Assembly (NCBI GenBank): GCA_012295275.1
Contig: CM022668.1
Location: 5,146,001 to 5,210,000, forward strand
DNA: 64,000 nt
From: Chrysomallon squamiferum
Lineage: Eukaryota; Animalia; Mollusca
Direction: 5' to 3'
The notes under the pieces were generated by a model. It saw nothing but the letters and a program-made list of their open reading frames with translations. It had not been told where the DNA came from and did not search any database. Of this stretch, positions 1 through 18,614 are shown one piece after another. A program made the translations under genes and the position numbers. Each line of letters begins with the position of its first letter. Positions within the stretch are counted from its first letter, which is position 1.

Positions 1-518
1 AGTAATAGTAACAACAACAACAAATGCAGAAGTAATACAACTGACCTAATAACCTGAAAATGTTCTACAGCAATGTTGCATTCATTTTAACTATGGTGTT
101 TTAATTTGTTAATTTATCTTTTAAAATAACACATTTGACAAAAAGTTTAGTGATAAACTTATTACAAATTCCTTTTTTTTTTAACTTTTTTTTTTTGTTC
201 TTTCCATCATTAAATTTCTTGTACACTTCTACAGTTATAATAGATTATTAAATCCATTTTCAATCTTTAAATATTTCCTATTCTAGCCAGTGCCCTAGAG
301 TTGCTTAATCAACAGTTGTAGTATAAACATTCCCATCTGTGGGAAGGTGTTTGTAAAGCATACATTATTGCTAACAGATACAGTTGGCTGAAAGAGTATC
401 AAAATTGTGATTCTCTTATCACATACAAATATCCTCCGGTATTTGATATCTAACAATGATTAATGTTGACATTTACTGAAATAGTCTAGCACATTCATTT
501 ATTCGTTTGTATTTTCAG

Positions 519-3500
519 CGCGTTGGCAAGATTGATGAATTCTCGTAGCAAATCGACAGAAAGTGACCTCAGTCGCAGAGATATGTTGAGAAGCATCAAA
601 AGTGCAATATCTTCCACTGCTCGTAGATTTTCGGGTTATCAGCAACATGTACGAGTTAATTTGTTCTTTTCAAAAATTGTGTGTGTACACATGCTTTTGC
701 AAAGTGTATGTGTTTATTTTGCTTGTGTGTGTATGTTTGTTATAATGGGTATCTTTCTGATCTGGAAACATGTTCTGTATTTGTAAATTTTACTCTGGAA
801 AACAAAAAGTGAATCAGCAAGTCTTTTTTTATATATCAAATTAAAATTTTCCACATAAATATATTTCATTCTAGAAGAGAAAAACAGAACAATAAAATAA
901 AATAAATAAATAAATTAACGGTCACATACCATGTCTGTACAAAATCATTTTAACATTTTTTACTTCAGGATGCCCATGAATTTCTAGGTCAGGTTTTAGA
1001 CCAGTTGAAAGAGGAGGTCACAAAGATAACAAAAGCGACTCCTAGTCCTCACAAAGATTTGAAGGAGCCAGCTCACTGTGTGTTTGTAAACCCAACGCAG
1101 GACAACTTTGAGTTTGAGGTTCTGCATACCATAACTTGTTTGAAGTAATTCACTTTTCACCTTCTTTTTAAAGTTTTGTCTTTTCTTGTTGTTAAATATA
1201 AATTTTGGAAACAGAATTTGACACTGTATTGTGTATCTAATACAGATAGGACATAGGTTGATGATACAAAATGAAATAATCTTCTCTTTTTTTTTTTCTT
1301 TCTTTTTTTTAAGTTGTCAAGAAGAAGTCGCAAAAGCTGAACAGTTCAATGACCTTTCAGTAGATCTGCCCCAAACCAGGTAAAATATTTAATTAATTTT
1401 TAAAAAGAAAAACAAACTCACAATATACTTGGCTTTTATGATTATAATAAATTTCAGCAAACCTTATGTTTTTTTTTTTTAATCTTGGTTAAAACTGTTT
1501 TAAGGCAATTTTGTGAAAAGGCACTCTCATCCATGAATGCTAAAATTGAACTGAACTGTTTGATCTTAAAACACAGTCACAAAGTTGAAAACAAATTACG
1601 ATGTTACTTTCACCTGATTTGGAAGAAATAATGTTCAGCAGTAACATAAAACAACTTGTTTTCAGTCACTTTTAATGTGATACCAATCATATACTTTTTG
1701 TGATTAATTTAATTATACTATGTTGACAGCACATTTAAAACTTATTTTGCGATGCTCATTATTTATGCATTTATGATATTTTGCAACAAGTACATATAAG
1801 AAAAATGACAGCCACATATTCATTGTTGTCAATTTATGTTGTATGTTATAAGCAAAGGTTGATCTCCAGAAGTAAAATTAATTGTTTGGATTTGTATGTT
1901 AAAATTATACAATCCTTATACACTGATAGAGCTGTCACATCAAAAGTATACAAAAAACCCTTGTATGTTGTTTCCGTCATAACTGTACGTTGAACAAAAC
2001 AGTCTTTTAAAAAAATTAGTTCAGATTCTTTGTTGTCACTGCTCTAAATAAACTTTAGTAAACTTTACTTTAGGTAAGATTTAACTCTAAGTACAAAGGA
2101 AATACACTGTTAAATTTAATTAATTTTCTTTTATTTATATTTTTGATTTAGTCGCAGATCTATACAAGATGCTCTAGATGTGTTTTTCAAGAAGGAGGAG
2201 ATAGATTACACTTGTGGCAAATGTGGACATTTGAAATCCGAAGTGGCACACAAATTCACCAGATTACCAAGGTATTATCATTTATTAAAATGTAGTTTTA
2301 CTACAAAAATTCTATATACTTACAGTTTTATTGGGTTTTTTTACTCATCATCACTGCTTATAATCATAACCAAGTGCAACAATAAAATTACAGTTAGAAA
2401 ACATTTTAACACTCACAATAAAAGTCATAGTTAGAAAACACTTTAATTCTTGACAATAAAATCATGCAGTTAAAAGAAAATTTAATACAGACAGCAAATA
2501 ACAGATTTTTATTCTTTTTATTTTTTTGAATAATATATATAAACTAATTATTAAAATGCTCTTAAAATTTGGTTAGACAATTTGGTTAGACAATTTGTTT
2601 TGAATTTTATTTGAAGAATAAAGTTAAACAAATTCTTAAAATGCTTTGAAGTATTACTGAATGATTATTTTTATTAGATGTATTGGTATGAATGATTAGT
2701 TTTGTTTTATTTGATGTATCAGTATTTTTCATTATTTTACAGGATTCTTATTCTTCATGTCAAACGTTACACGTACGACACACAGATAGCTCGGCGAAGT
2801 AAAACTGGTCAGAACCTGTCTGTCTGTCGCTACTTGACACTGATGTCTCACTGTGATGAATCCACCCAGCCCCCACCAGCAGTGCCTGACATCTTCCATA
2901 ATAATCTCAGGTACACATTTAGAAATTTATCTGTTCGTGTGCCTGTTAATTATGTCTAACTCTTAAAGTAATTTATAAATGTCATATTCTTCTGTATGTG
3001 TGTATGTCTCTGTTTCTGTTGCTCACTTGTTTTCTCTGTCTTTCTGTGTCTCCCTTTTTTCTTTATTTTTTTATATTTTCAGTCCCCCCTTTTTTTCTTT
3101 GTCCTATTTTTCAGTTCTTTTCAATTTCCCTCTTTCAACTTTTATTAAAAGTGCAAGGAAAGAATCACTTGTTTCTAACAAAGAAGAGTGTTTATTAAAT
3201 GATGCAGTTGATTTCCATTCATAATGTAACAACAATCATATTTCATATTTAATTATTAATGAATTACCATTAACCTAACATCATCCTTTCCTTTAATGCA
3301 TACTAGAAGGTAAACTGACAGTACTTAAAATGTTGATATTTTCTTTTATTTATGCCTGTGAAAACTTAAGATACTATGATATCATTAAACTATTATTCAT
3401 TCATTTACTGTTTTTATGCAATCCATAATTAAAAATATCAGTACTTAAAACAATTTCTTTTTTTCCTATCAAAACTTAAGTTAGTACAACCTTACTAAAC

Positions 3501-6500
3501 CATTACTCATTCATTTACTGGTTTAATGCAGACCATATTTAACACTGATAATTGTTATTTTCAGTCCTGTAAAAACTTTGATCACAGAAAGAGGTGATTC
3601 ATCTTTATGTCGAAAACTTGAATATAATTCAAGGTGAATATAACTATTTACTATCTGTTATAAGATTTTATTATTGTGCTTGCTTGGTTTATTTTCTAAA
3701 AACGACATTTTTTCTTGGAATGGGATATATTTCTTTTGTTTTATTTGTAATTTTTCTTTCTTCAGAAAAAGTAAATCTTTCTCCGAATTATAAATTTTAA
3801 AATTATTATTTTATTTAGTTGTTTAATTTTTATATGTATTTAATTTTTAATTTTAACTTTTTTTTCTTTTGTTGTATTCTGTTTTAAAAAAAATTCCTAA
3901 AAAACCCTAAATATCACTGCCACTATTTTCAGACTTTTTAGATTTTGCGTTTTTATTAATCTTAATAATTGTAATTTGTTATTTTCTTACAGTTATAAAT
4001 TCAAAAAGGTTTCAAACCATTCTGATCAAAATACTGGATCAAAAGAAGATGAAGATAAATGTGGAGATAAGCATGACACATCTTCAGATAAAAATGCAGA
4101 CAATGTTATAGAGGTTTGTTTTTGTTTCCTTACACTGAGAGTAAGCTATAATCAGGTGCTAGAATGAGATGAGGTAGATCCTTTACGTAATGATCTTTAC
4201 TCTGTCGTTCATAAACTTTTGAAATGTTCATACTGTTTCACTGATTTAATTTATATAAATACTTTTCATTTCGGTGTCTTGTAAAAATAGCAAATCTGTT
4301 TTTAATTTTCAGTGTTTTATAACAGATTTTATTATAAAGGTAGTGTCTTTCTTACATAGTTAACATAGGACTTGCTGTGTATTTGACTGCTAAAATATTT
4401 ACCTGTGTCAATAAAAAAAAAAAAAAATTATTGAAATAATTTGACCTAAATATAGCAAAATAAATTTAAAACAACAATTCAAAGATAAAACATTTTACTT
4501 CAGAAATACTAAAGTATAAATAATTTTGTATCAAAAGTAAATTCTATGAACATTTTGAATATTTTTTTTATTATTATAGTTTTGTGTTAAAGTAAATAAA
4601 TATATTGTATTTTGGGTTATAGTTAGATAATGAGAAAGATAAACCAACAGGTGAAGATAATGATACTAAACTAGCAGAAGCTATAGAACTTAGTCTACTG
4701 CAAGCCCAGGAAAAGGAAAAGGTAAGAAAATAAAAAATAAAACAAGTAACTAGTTAAAACTAAAAGATGGCAAACTTTTTACTTCACCTGTTTCACTTTA
4801 GAGGTCAGAGTTCACTGAGGTACAGCAGTGCCATCTGTGTATGTTGTTTTTTAACAGGTCCAGTAAATGCTTGGACATAGCCAATTTCTATTTTTATAGA
4901 TGGTGGAACTGTATTTGGTAGTAAATATCTAATAATTTTTATAAATATTTGAGGGGTTTTTTGTTGATTAAATTTGTGACTTGAGGTTCTTCTGTTCACA
5001 AGGATGCATGTATCTTAAATAATCTTTTTGTTTTAGATAGGTTATCATCAATCTAACACAGGATTTTTATTAAACATTTAAACATTGTAAATTCGATTCT
5101 TCTCATTTGACTAGGTAAAGAAAAGAATACATGTATGGTTAAATTAGTATTTTCAACCAAAAAAACGATATTTTAAAAAATGTTCCAAAATATGGAGCTA
5201 ATGACTAATTCAGAGTTTTCGTAGAATTACTTCTAGTTATTCATTAAAATTTTAGTTAGCTTTTTTTATTATTATTTTCATTTTAAACTTCCAGGAATAT
5301 GGAAGCTTTGATCATGATACTGATGATGAACTTGAAAAAGTCCTAGAGCTCAGCAGACTGGAGAGTGAGAAAATGGTTCCTGTTGGTGAGAATTTTTGTA
5401 TATTACTGGTTTAGCTTAAAATGGATGTTTTCTGGGTTTGTTTTCTTCTGTAAATTAATTACTGGTAAAAATAGATGAAAATTAATGGTGGTAATGATCT
5501 TAAAAATTATCAAAGTAAAGTAAAATAACCATATAATATTTTTTTCTTATGAATATTGATTGTATTGTTGTTTTAACAGTTTATACATACATATTAAAAT
5601 TAAAAATAAAATAAATATTATATATATATAGATAGATTTTATGTTTTTTATTATTATTATTATTTATTTTTTTAGGACATTTGGAAGAAAAAGATCTTCA
5701 GAAGTTATCAGAAGAAGAACAGCTGGAACTAGCTTTACAGAACAGTCTGATGGAGGAATCCTCTATGTTCTACAGTTCTAGAAAAACTGAAAAAGACGGA
5801 ATGCAGGCATCTGAGAGTCTAAATGTGTCTAAAACATGCTCTGATGATAAAGACATCAGTGATTCAAAACAGTCATTCCAAGATGAATGCACTAAGGTGC
5901 AGGAATCAAAATATGATGGAAGTGACATGAAAGAAACTCTTCACCATGACAATGTGGATAAAAATACTCAGAAAATGTCAGAATCTACTGTTTGCACAAA
6001 TGGTATTTTGCAAGACAACAAAAATAGTGTGGATCACCGAAATTCTAAATGCAGTGGTATTCTGACTGATGGACAGAAAAACAGACAGTCAGACAATGAA
6101 CATACCAGTTCTGATTCACTGATGCAGTGGAATAAAACAGTTGTGAATAATTGTGACAGTAACAAAAAAGATGCAACACAGTTTAAAGAAATTGGAAATA
6201 CAACAGATTATAAACATAAAAACTTGAATTTTGGAAAAGGTGGTGGTGATCCAGAACAAGAAGGAAGTAAGTTTTATTTCGTTTACTATGGCATTTCGTT
6301 TATAGCATATTTCTTCAATATATTTTGCAAGTGGAATCAGCATTTTTTGTAAAAGAAAACTGTAAAAATTGTCTCACACTAACTTTTCATTTATCATGCA
6401 CAGAGTGTTTTAAAAATATTAATTTTCTTCTTTGTTTAATTCCTCAAAAGAAATAAAGTGATGAAATACATTTCAGTAAGAAGCATTTACATCAATTTCA

Positions 6501-9210
6501 GAAATTAAGTAAAATTTGTCCATTATTGTTGTGTATATCAATTATAATTTAAACATAAAATTAGTTATAAAAAAAAAATAATAATAATAAAAAAAATACA
6601 CTAAAAGGTACTTAGCCAAGGTGGCACCTATGGCATATATTTGTATGTCTTCTGAACTTGTATTCTTGTTTGATCAGTTTAAAAATGTATTTGCTACAAT
6701 AATTAACATACAGTATACTTTTAATATAGCATTTAATATTACTTAGTGAAAATAACAACATATAACATTTTATTGCAAAAATTATTTTATTACAACAGTT
6801 GCTGCATTCTCAGTTTAACTGTTTTAGTAGTTTGACATCTAATATTTAAAAAATATATATTCTGTTAAAAACTTATTCATTTAAGCAAACATATTGTGAA
6901 TATAACAAAATTTGTGTTAGACATTGAATATTTTACAGTAAGAAAAAAGGTATTTCAAATGAAAATTCATTTAAAACAATGATAAAAAATGCAAATACTA
7001 TATTCAGTGTTGGCTTATATGTTACTGTTAAATATTACAATCGTATTTTTTACTGTTCTGTTATTGTTATTATTATTATTATTATTTTTAAATGTGTTGG
7101 TGTTTTAAAAATGGATTTATAACAGCAAACTTACAGATTGGTAAAGTTAAATTTCTTGATTACAGTTGACTTGAGATGTTTTGAAGAGAAGGAAAATATT
7201 TTACCCGAGGCAGATTGGTGTAATGAGCTTGATGTTTTTGGTGACACATCTTTTGAACAGGACAAACCAAAAGAAGAGGAAAATGAGGTATTGTTGTTGT
7301 TGTTGTTGCAGCCACTATTTTATAGATAAGTAACAGCAACTATAAATTGATCTCAAGTGCATAAAAAAACAACAGAAAAAGAAAACACACAAAAAACCAA
7401 CAACAATAAACAAACCAATCAAACAAAAGCAATTACATCATGTTAAACTGAAAAATAAAAAATAAAATCATGTAGTCTGTATAGTAGGATTATTCAGCAA
7501 TCTAACTGGATTTAAATAAAATAGAAGAATATATTTTGTGCTTTAAACTTTAATAATATCTTGTTTATACATTTCTGAATTGTTGCTTTTCATTGGTAAC
7601 AGATATTACATAAAAAATAACAACAGTGTAATAGAACAGTATAATGCATACAAAAACTAAAAAACGTTTTCCCGTTCTAATATTTTTGTTGCATGATACA
7701 TGATATAACAGACAGCTAAGGCAGACTGTTTGGACTATTTATTCATACCATGGTTTATTATTTATTAAAATTAATTTTAAATTTAAAAAATTTAATGTGT
7801 TTGTGTGGGTAAATGTTTTTGTATCCATGTGTTTATTGTATCTGTAGTTTATTCCTTAATCAGATTGTTTGTAATTTTAAAAGTATGTGTGAGTGTGTTT
7901 AAGGATTTTTGTATCCATGTATTTGTTATATTTTTAGTTAACTATGCTTTATTATTTAATCAGATTGTGTGTCCACGTGTTTATTTTGTTTGTTGTGTCG
8001 TTAAATAATACTTAAACTTGATAAATTTTGTTGTTTCATGTTGAACAGGATGGTTCTTTGCCAATATCCTACAGACTTGTCAGTATTGTGAACCACATAG
8101 GAAACAGCTCGTTTACAGGTTTGTGAATAATCAGAAAACCATGGCAGATTTATATCTGTTTACCTTCATGTTGTTATCTGTAAACATAATTTTTGGCATT
8201 GATTTTAGTTTCTTTTGTAAATATAAAGGAATTGTTGCTGTTTTGACTGCAACAAGAAGTAAATTATTGAAATGTAAATAAAGAAACCTGTATTTTTATT
8301 TCAAATGTTAGTTATTTTTGTATGCTGTTGATGTAAAATTGTGATATTTGACTTCTGCTGTCATTTTTCATTATTGTGTTTTTACTGACAAGAACATTCA
8401 ATTGTTGATATGTTTTTAGTTTATTACTTTTTGAATTTTATAAATATCTTCCTCTTTTCTTTTTTTTTATGATGGAATTTTACTTGTTTCTTTTCTTGTT
8501 CTTTTTCAGGTCATTACATCAGTGATGTGTATGACATGAAAAAACAGTGCTGGTTCAGTTACGATGACACCAGAGTGTCTCAAGTGACAGAATCAGAAAT
8601 CAGAATAAAACGTCAGCGCACAGGATACATTTTCTTTTACATGCTAAAGTAAGTTTTGCTTTCAAACTGCTTCAATTTTTACTTAAAATGACAACGAGCA
8701 AGTCAAATTACATTTCTGTAAGAATTTGGTTTTTATGTTTTTTTATTTAGTTTTTTTTTCTTGGGAAGGTTGTTTTGTTTACTCATTTATGATCACCAGG
8801 GTGTTTAATTCAAACATTTTTTTTACAAAGAACTTTTTTTTTTTTTTTTTTTTGCATATGTGTAATTTATAAGAATGAAAATAAAATTTAGTGTTTCAAT
8901 ACAGTAAATTTCCATATACATTTCGTAAAATAGAAATGGAGATAAATTAATAACTTCTGTTTATATAATAATGAAATTAATTTTGTTATTCAAAGTAATT
9001 TAATATGTAACAAATGTAAATTAGAACAAAATAAATTAGGAAAGTAATTTTATAATTTATTTTAACTGGTAAAATTGTATAAGTTTTTGATATATTGTAA
9101 TATTAGTTAACATTATTATTATCATTATTATTATTATTTATTTCAGGGATTTATTTGAAGAACAGCTTAATGTTAATGCAGCACATCTATTAGTTTCCAA
9201 GGAAAGGTGA
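519..9210 (+). CDS. USP37: Ubiquitin C-terminal hydrolase 37-like deubiquitinase, 3' part (5' exons and Cys box lie upstream of the window)
   Basis: Phase-consistent GT-AG exons: 519-648, 969-1144, 1314-1379, 2152-2271, 2743-2910, 3565-3633, 3993-4113, 4623-4721, 5295-5385, 5676-6266, 7166-7287, 8049-8118, 8510-8648, 9147-9210 (TGA). Motifs: QQHDAHEFLGQVLDQLKEE, EQFNDLSVDLP, SIQDALDVFF..EE..Y.CGKC, FTRLPRILILHVKRY, His box YRLVSIVNHIG...GHYISDVYD...W..YDD...GYIFFYM. Three UIM-like helices in the insert (KLAEAIELSL, ELEKVLELSR, QLELALQNSL), as in USP37. Confidence 0.93.
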
Positions 9211-9687
9211 AAAAGAATACAGGAAATTTATGAATAACATTTTGTACAAAGTTGTACTTAATAATATTGTGTATTTAGAATTTTTCATACAACAGTAGAG
9301 ATTAGGTAACTATATTGTACATATTTGTAAAGAAATTAAATTATAATCAAAGTAATTTTTTTTTTTATTTTTTTTTTTTATTACTATTATTTTCTTTTAA
9401 TTGTAGTGTGTACATATCACAGTCTGTAATGACTGGTAATGCATGTTAAAATATCATGAAAGTGAACAAGTACAGAAATTAAACTACAATAAAATAATGT
9501 TTTATGTCTCTGTGTTGTCTTCATAAAATATTAAAACTTTTTTTTATCAATTCAACAAAAGAAGAGAATGAAGTTTATCGTAAAACTTTTTATTTATCCT
9601 AAAAATATATATTTAGGTTTCTTTTTTTTTTAAAATGAAAAGGAAAGAATGAAAAAAGATTATTAAAAAAATGACTGTGTAATTTAT

Positions 9688-9947
9688 TCAGTGTTTTGCT
9701 GATTTCGTTCCTCTCAAATCACCTGTCTGTAAATCTGCTGAGTTCCATTTATTGTCGATTCGTATTTTTGTGTCGCGACTTGTAGCAGTCCAGCCAGCAG
9801 GATGTCCTGTTTTTCTTTTGGCTAAGATTGCGCTTAAAAGATCCATGAAGAGTTCATCCACCCCTTCGCCACTTGACGCGGATGTTTCATAATATCTGTA
9901 AAACAGTGTCTAGAATGTTTAATTGTGCCAATAATCCATCTACTCAT

Positions 9948-9984
<37 letters not shown>

Positions 9985-12900
9985 GTTGCCTTTTTACTTT
10001 TGGGAGATATTACTTCTGGAACAGAAACGAAGTAAGACAAAAACTTGGAATCCTTCATATATCTTCTTATTGCACATCTTAAATTATTCCTGTTCTTCAT
10101 CATTAACAAAGGTTGATGTCATGTAAGCTTGTATTTAATTTGATTAATACAGTCTAACATGTATTATTTATTTTTATCATTCTCTTCTTTATTTTTTTTT
10201 TATTTCCCATTAGTATTTTTTTATTCATTTCATTGTAAATTTCTATCACTAAAAAGTAAACAAAATATACATCCTAGAAAAACATTAATACGTGTGACAA
10301 CTACTGGAAGATTTTCATCACTCATTTATATGTATTATTTATTTTTATCATTCTCTTCTTTATTTTTTTTTTATTTCCCATTAGTATTTTTTTATTCATT
10401 TCATTGTAAATTTCTATCACTAAAAAGTAAACAAAATATATACCCTAGAAAAACATTAATACGCGTGACAACTACTGGAAGATTTTCATCACTCATTTAT
10501 AGTTTTAACATAAAATTTTATTGCAGAAAAAAAGAAATAAAAAAGAAAACAAAAACAACTTACTTCAGTTTATGGTGACTTGCCCATTTCTTGCCTTCAA
10601 CTGCAGATATTATCCGCTTGTGTTTCAAGTCTATCTAAAAACAAAATGATTTTTTAACTGAATTAAGTTCAGGAACTGATTGAGGTTTAACAAAATAGTA
10701 TTACCTGCTTGCGTGAAATGTCAAACTTTGTTTTTTAGCAATACATATGTATGATTACAGATAACAACCCAACTACAGACTACAAATTTTATAATTCCAT
10801 AGTTTTATTAAGTAACTAAACTATAATATGATATATAGATATATGTATGTATATGAATGATTTAGAATGTTGATTTTTGTATGCCACAAGTAAGGTGGCT
10901 TTCACATTACATTCTGAGGATGGTTTGTTTTGTTTGTTTTGTTTAGGTTTTTTTTGGTTTTTTATTAAATAAGAACAAAAACATTACTGTCAATCCATGG
11001 GTTACTATTTCAGATCCATGGCATGTAATCTTTTACACAAACTCATATCATGAAATTTTATAAATGAGATGTGAGGTGTGGTTGCAATAAGATATCAGGT
11101 AAAAGTCATAAAAAGGAGTAATTGTGTGACCTGCAGAATCAGATGACTGATAAAACCGCAGAAGTGATAAATATGTAGCAAAGCAAAACTCATGCAGCAT
11201 GCAAGTTATGTTGTACTGACAGTAGTTATTTTGTCTATAAAAATAGTTGATTTGTTTTACTCTGTCTTTATTCGAAATATCCTTGAACCTGTTTAAATCA
11301 GTCTGTAAAATCAGCTCTGATATTGGAGAAGAAAATATAAATAAAAAATTACAGAGATGATGGGTTAATTACTACAGGACTTAGGTGATTTGTATTTTTA
11401 ATGAACCAAAATATATATACATGCACTGCCACACTACCAAACTAGATTATCAAACTAATGCTGTATATAAAGTATTGCATACAACTAAATTATTATACAG
11501 CTAAATAGCCTTTGTACAAAGTGAAGTTAAAAATGTGTCTAACATGCAGATAAATAAATGAGCATAAAACGATACATCAACAGGACAGAGAGATTTATAA
11601 ACTGTATTTACATTCAGCTGTTTTACATATTTGTTTAAACTGATAAATACTGGTACCTTGTTAGCAACAACAACCATTTCTGGATTTCCATTTGAATATT
11701 TCGAAGCTTCTCGAAGCCATGAATCGATACTGTCAAACGAAGCTTGACAGGTGACATCAAATACAATAAATATTGCATCTGAGCCAGTGTACAGTTCATT
11801 TCTGACATCAATGTATTCAGGACTACCTGATAGGTCCCATAAGTGAACCCTGACTGAAATAAACAATTTGAAATTATAATTTTCAGTTCACTTGACCATT
11901 CTGTTATTATTTAGAATACTTAAAAATGTCAAGAATTATAAAAGGGTGTGTTTATATTTGTACAACAAAATATTTATAAACAATGTAAAAATGCGTTAAT
12001 AGTGTTGGTAGGTTAAAACTGCCATATAAACATCTGGTTCCTAGTATCTTTCTTTTAAATTCATAACTAATGTGTTTGAATGGAATAATAGTAATGAACA
12101 TTAAATTTTACTGTAGAATTATCAAGTTAAAAAATGTCAATTTCTCTTAAATGTATAATTCTAGTTAACTGACATGCAGATAAAATTGTTTAAATTAATA
12201 TTGTATGGTTAAAATATTAATGTCAATTCTTTTTCTTAAATTCTTAACTATAGTTTGCTGATTGGAACAGGATAATCAGTATTAAACGTACCTTCATTTT
12301 CCTTAATACTCTGTATCTTGAATCCATAATCAACTCCAACTGTAGGCTGATATCCAGCTGTGAACTGAAACACATATTTGAAATTAAAACATAATATTTA
12401 AATAAAAATAAAAAATTATAATATAAAAAATAATAATTTTGTTTAATGATGTCAGTACAGAACAGTACAGAAATAATATACAATGGAGTGATAGTATTTT
12501 ATTTTGCAGTTTGGCATTCTGACAGGAAGAAAGTCACATACATGCATATATACACTGATATATACATAGATGCATACATACGTACATACATGTACACACA
12601 TGTACACACATGTACACACCTGTACACACACACACACACACACAGAAATGCATTACACACTCCAGCAGTATCAGGTCAGTCTAACAGTTACAAACTTGGC
12701 TTTTGAATATGTACAAAATAATAATAATAATGTGTAGTAATAGTAGTAGTCATAGAAGTAGTTGTAGTAGTGGTAATAGTGATAGTAGTAGCCCCATTTA
12801 TTAGTAATATTAGCATTTACTATTATTATAACTGTTATGTTATAGTTATTATTATTGTAGTAGTAGTAGAAGTATTCTCACCTTACTTTCACAGAAATGT

Positions 12901-13152
12901 TTTATAAGACTCGTTTTTCCACTAGAAGCATTTCCAATTCCTAAAATCTGTAGACAAAATAAATTAAAAAAAAAAAAAAAAAAAAAAAACAGCATTTATG
13001 ATTCTCACATATTTTCGTAACAATACATATTGTTTCCAATTTGCTTTTAAAATGCACAATCTATCAATTCTAACGCACACGCAAATAATACGTAGAAATA
13101 TTTTGAATAAAAAATTATTATTCTCTTTTTGTTTATGATGATGATGACGATG

Positions 13153-13209
<57 letters not shown>

Positions 13210-13440
13210 GAATCTTTTCGTTGTTTGTTGAAAGGATTTTATTCGTTTCGTTTTTTGTTTTTATTTTATTTATTTATCTTTATTATTTTGTTTGTAGTTT
13301 TTTTTTTTTTTTCTTACATTTAATAATAATCATTCTTAAATTAACATATTTTCGTCTGAATTTTATCAAACCTTGATCCACGTTAGACCTGTTACTGCCT
13401 GCTGCACATCTTTAGTTAAATGACCTGGTTTCCTGTCCAT
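9688..13440 (-). CDS. RJL-family (DNAJC27/Rbj-like) Rab-like small GTPase without a J domain, ~227 aa
   Basis: Exons (minus) 13440-13372, 12947-12882, 12364-12292, 11853-11657, 10634-10564, 9895-9688. G1 GNASSGKT, G2 YQPTVGVDYG, G3 WDLSGS (no catalytic Gln), VRNELY, G4 NKID, G5 YETSA; no C-terminal Cys. The I..FCE.KF..Y..T.G.DYG and VRNE.Y patterns match my recollection of RJL/DNAJC27. Confidence 0.82.
10159..10500. repeat. Near-perfect 171-bp tandem duplication (2 copies) in the last intron of the GTPase gene
   Basis: 10159-10329 repeated at 10330-10500 with ~2 substitutions; visible as the duplicated peptide in ORF 10159..10578. Confidence 0.95.
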
Positions 13441-13894
13441 CGCAAGGTTACGTTAATTCCATGTTTTCCATATAACCGCGTTATCGATTGAAACAGGTTC
13501 CCTGAAGGCATTTTGTATGCGTCGTTAGGGAAACGTATAAACAAAACATGGCATTATGGGATTGCAGATAAATCCTCTAGTGCGGTGGATTAAAATAACT
13601 AACAATAACATAGGGGGGAAAAAATAAAAATAAAAACACCTGTAGGCTGATATCCAGCTGTGAAAAAAAAAAATATATATATATGTATTTGAAATTAAAA
13701 CATTATAATATTTAAATAAGAAATAAAAAAAATTATAACATTTAAAAATAACAAATTGCGGTAACGAATATAAAGCCACGTCAGATTTTATTTGTTTTTA
13801 GACACGAGAGAAAAGCACATCTGGGGATTTCCTTGCACGCCTTGCTCGATAAACGCTAAACGACTCGAGGTCGTCTGCTCCTGTTGTCGCCAAA
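13441..13894. promoter_or_regulatory. Putative bidirectional promoter between RJL-like GTPase and DNAJC22
   Basis: Divergent ATGs only 454 bp apart; CpG-enriched flanks; DRE-like TATCGAT at 13482-13488. Confidence 0.65.
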
Positions 13895-18010
<4,116 letters not shown>

Positions 18011-18556
18011 CTATAACTGGATTTTACAATAATTATGTAACAACGAAATATTTTCGGACCTTCGGTTTAGTCAGATGTTGAAAAGTATTTTTTAATTACT
18101 ACTACTACTACTACTACTACTATTATTTAATATCTAATGACGTTTTGGCGTAAAATGGTATTTTAAAATTCTGGTCATAGTTCTAAATTTTGAAAGTTAC
18201 TGGTATCATCTGTACCCCGCATAAACATGAAATACAGAAATAAAAACACTTTTATAACACTTAATGTTTAAAAATTTTAACACACACACACGCACACACT
18301 CACAAGAAAGACACATATACACGGATACCATGGTTTTTGCCCTTTTTTTTTTTCAAACAAACAATAATTATTTAGAAATACGACAACCGTTTTATTCTAG
18401 GCACAAGTTTGCAAACACGAACAAACCAGCAAACGTTAACAGGTAATCCATTTCAGTCTAATGATTTCATCAAATGATCTCTATTGTTAAATACGAATCA
18501 TGATCAGGCTAGCAAAATTTTGATGATTCTATAACGTTCACTTAACAAGTTCACTT

Positions 18557-18614
<58 letters not shown>

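Noticed and set aside
10159-10578. 139-aa ORF with internal repeat
   Set aside because: Product of an intronic 171-bp AT-rich duplication on the non-coding strand.
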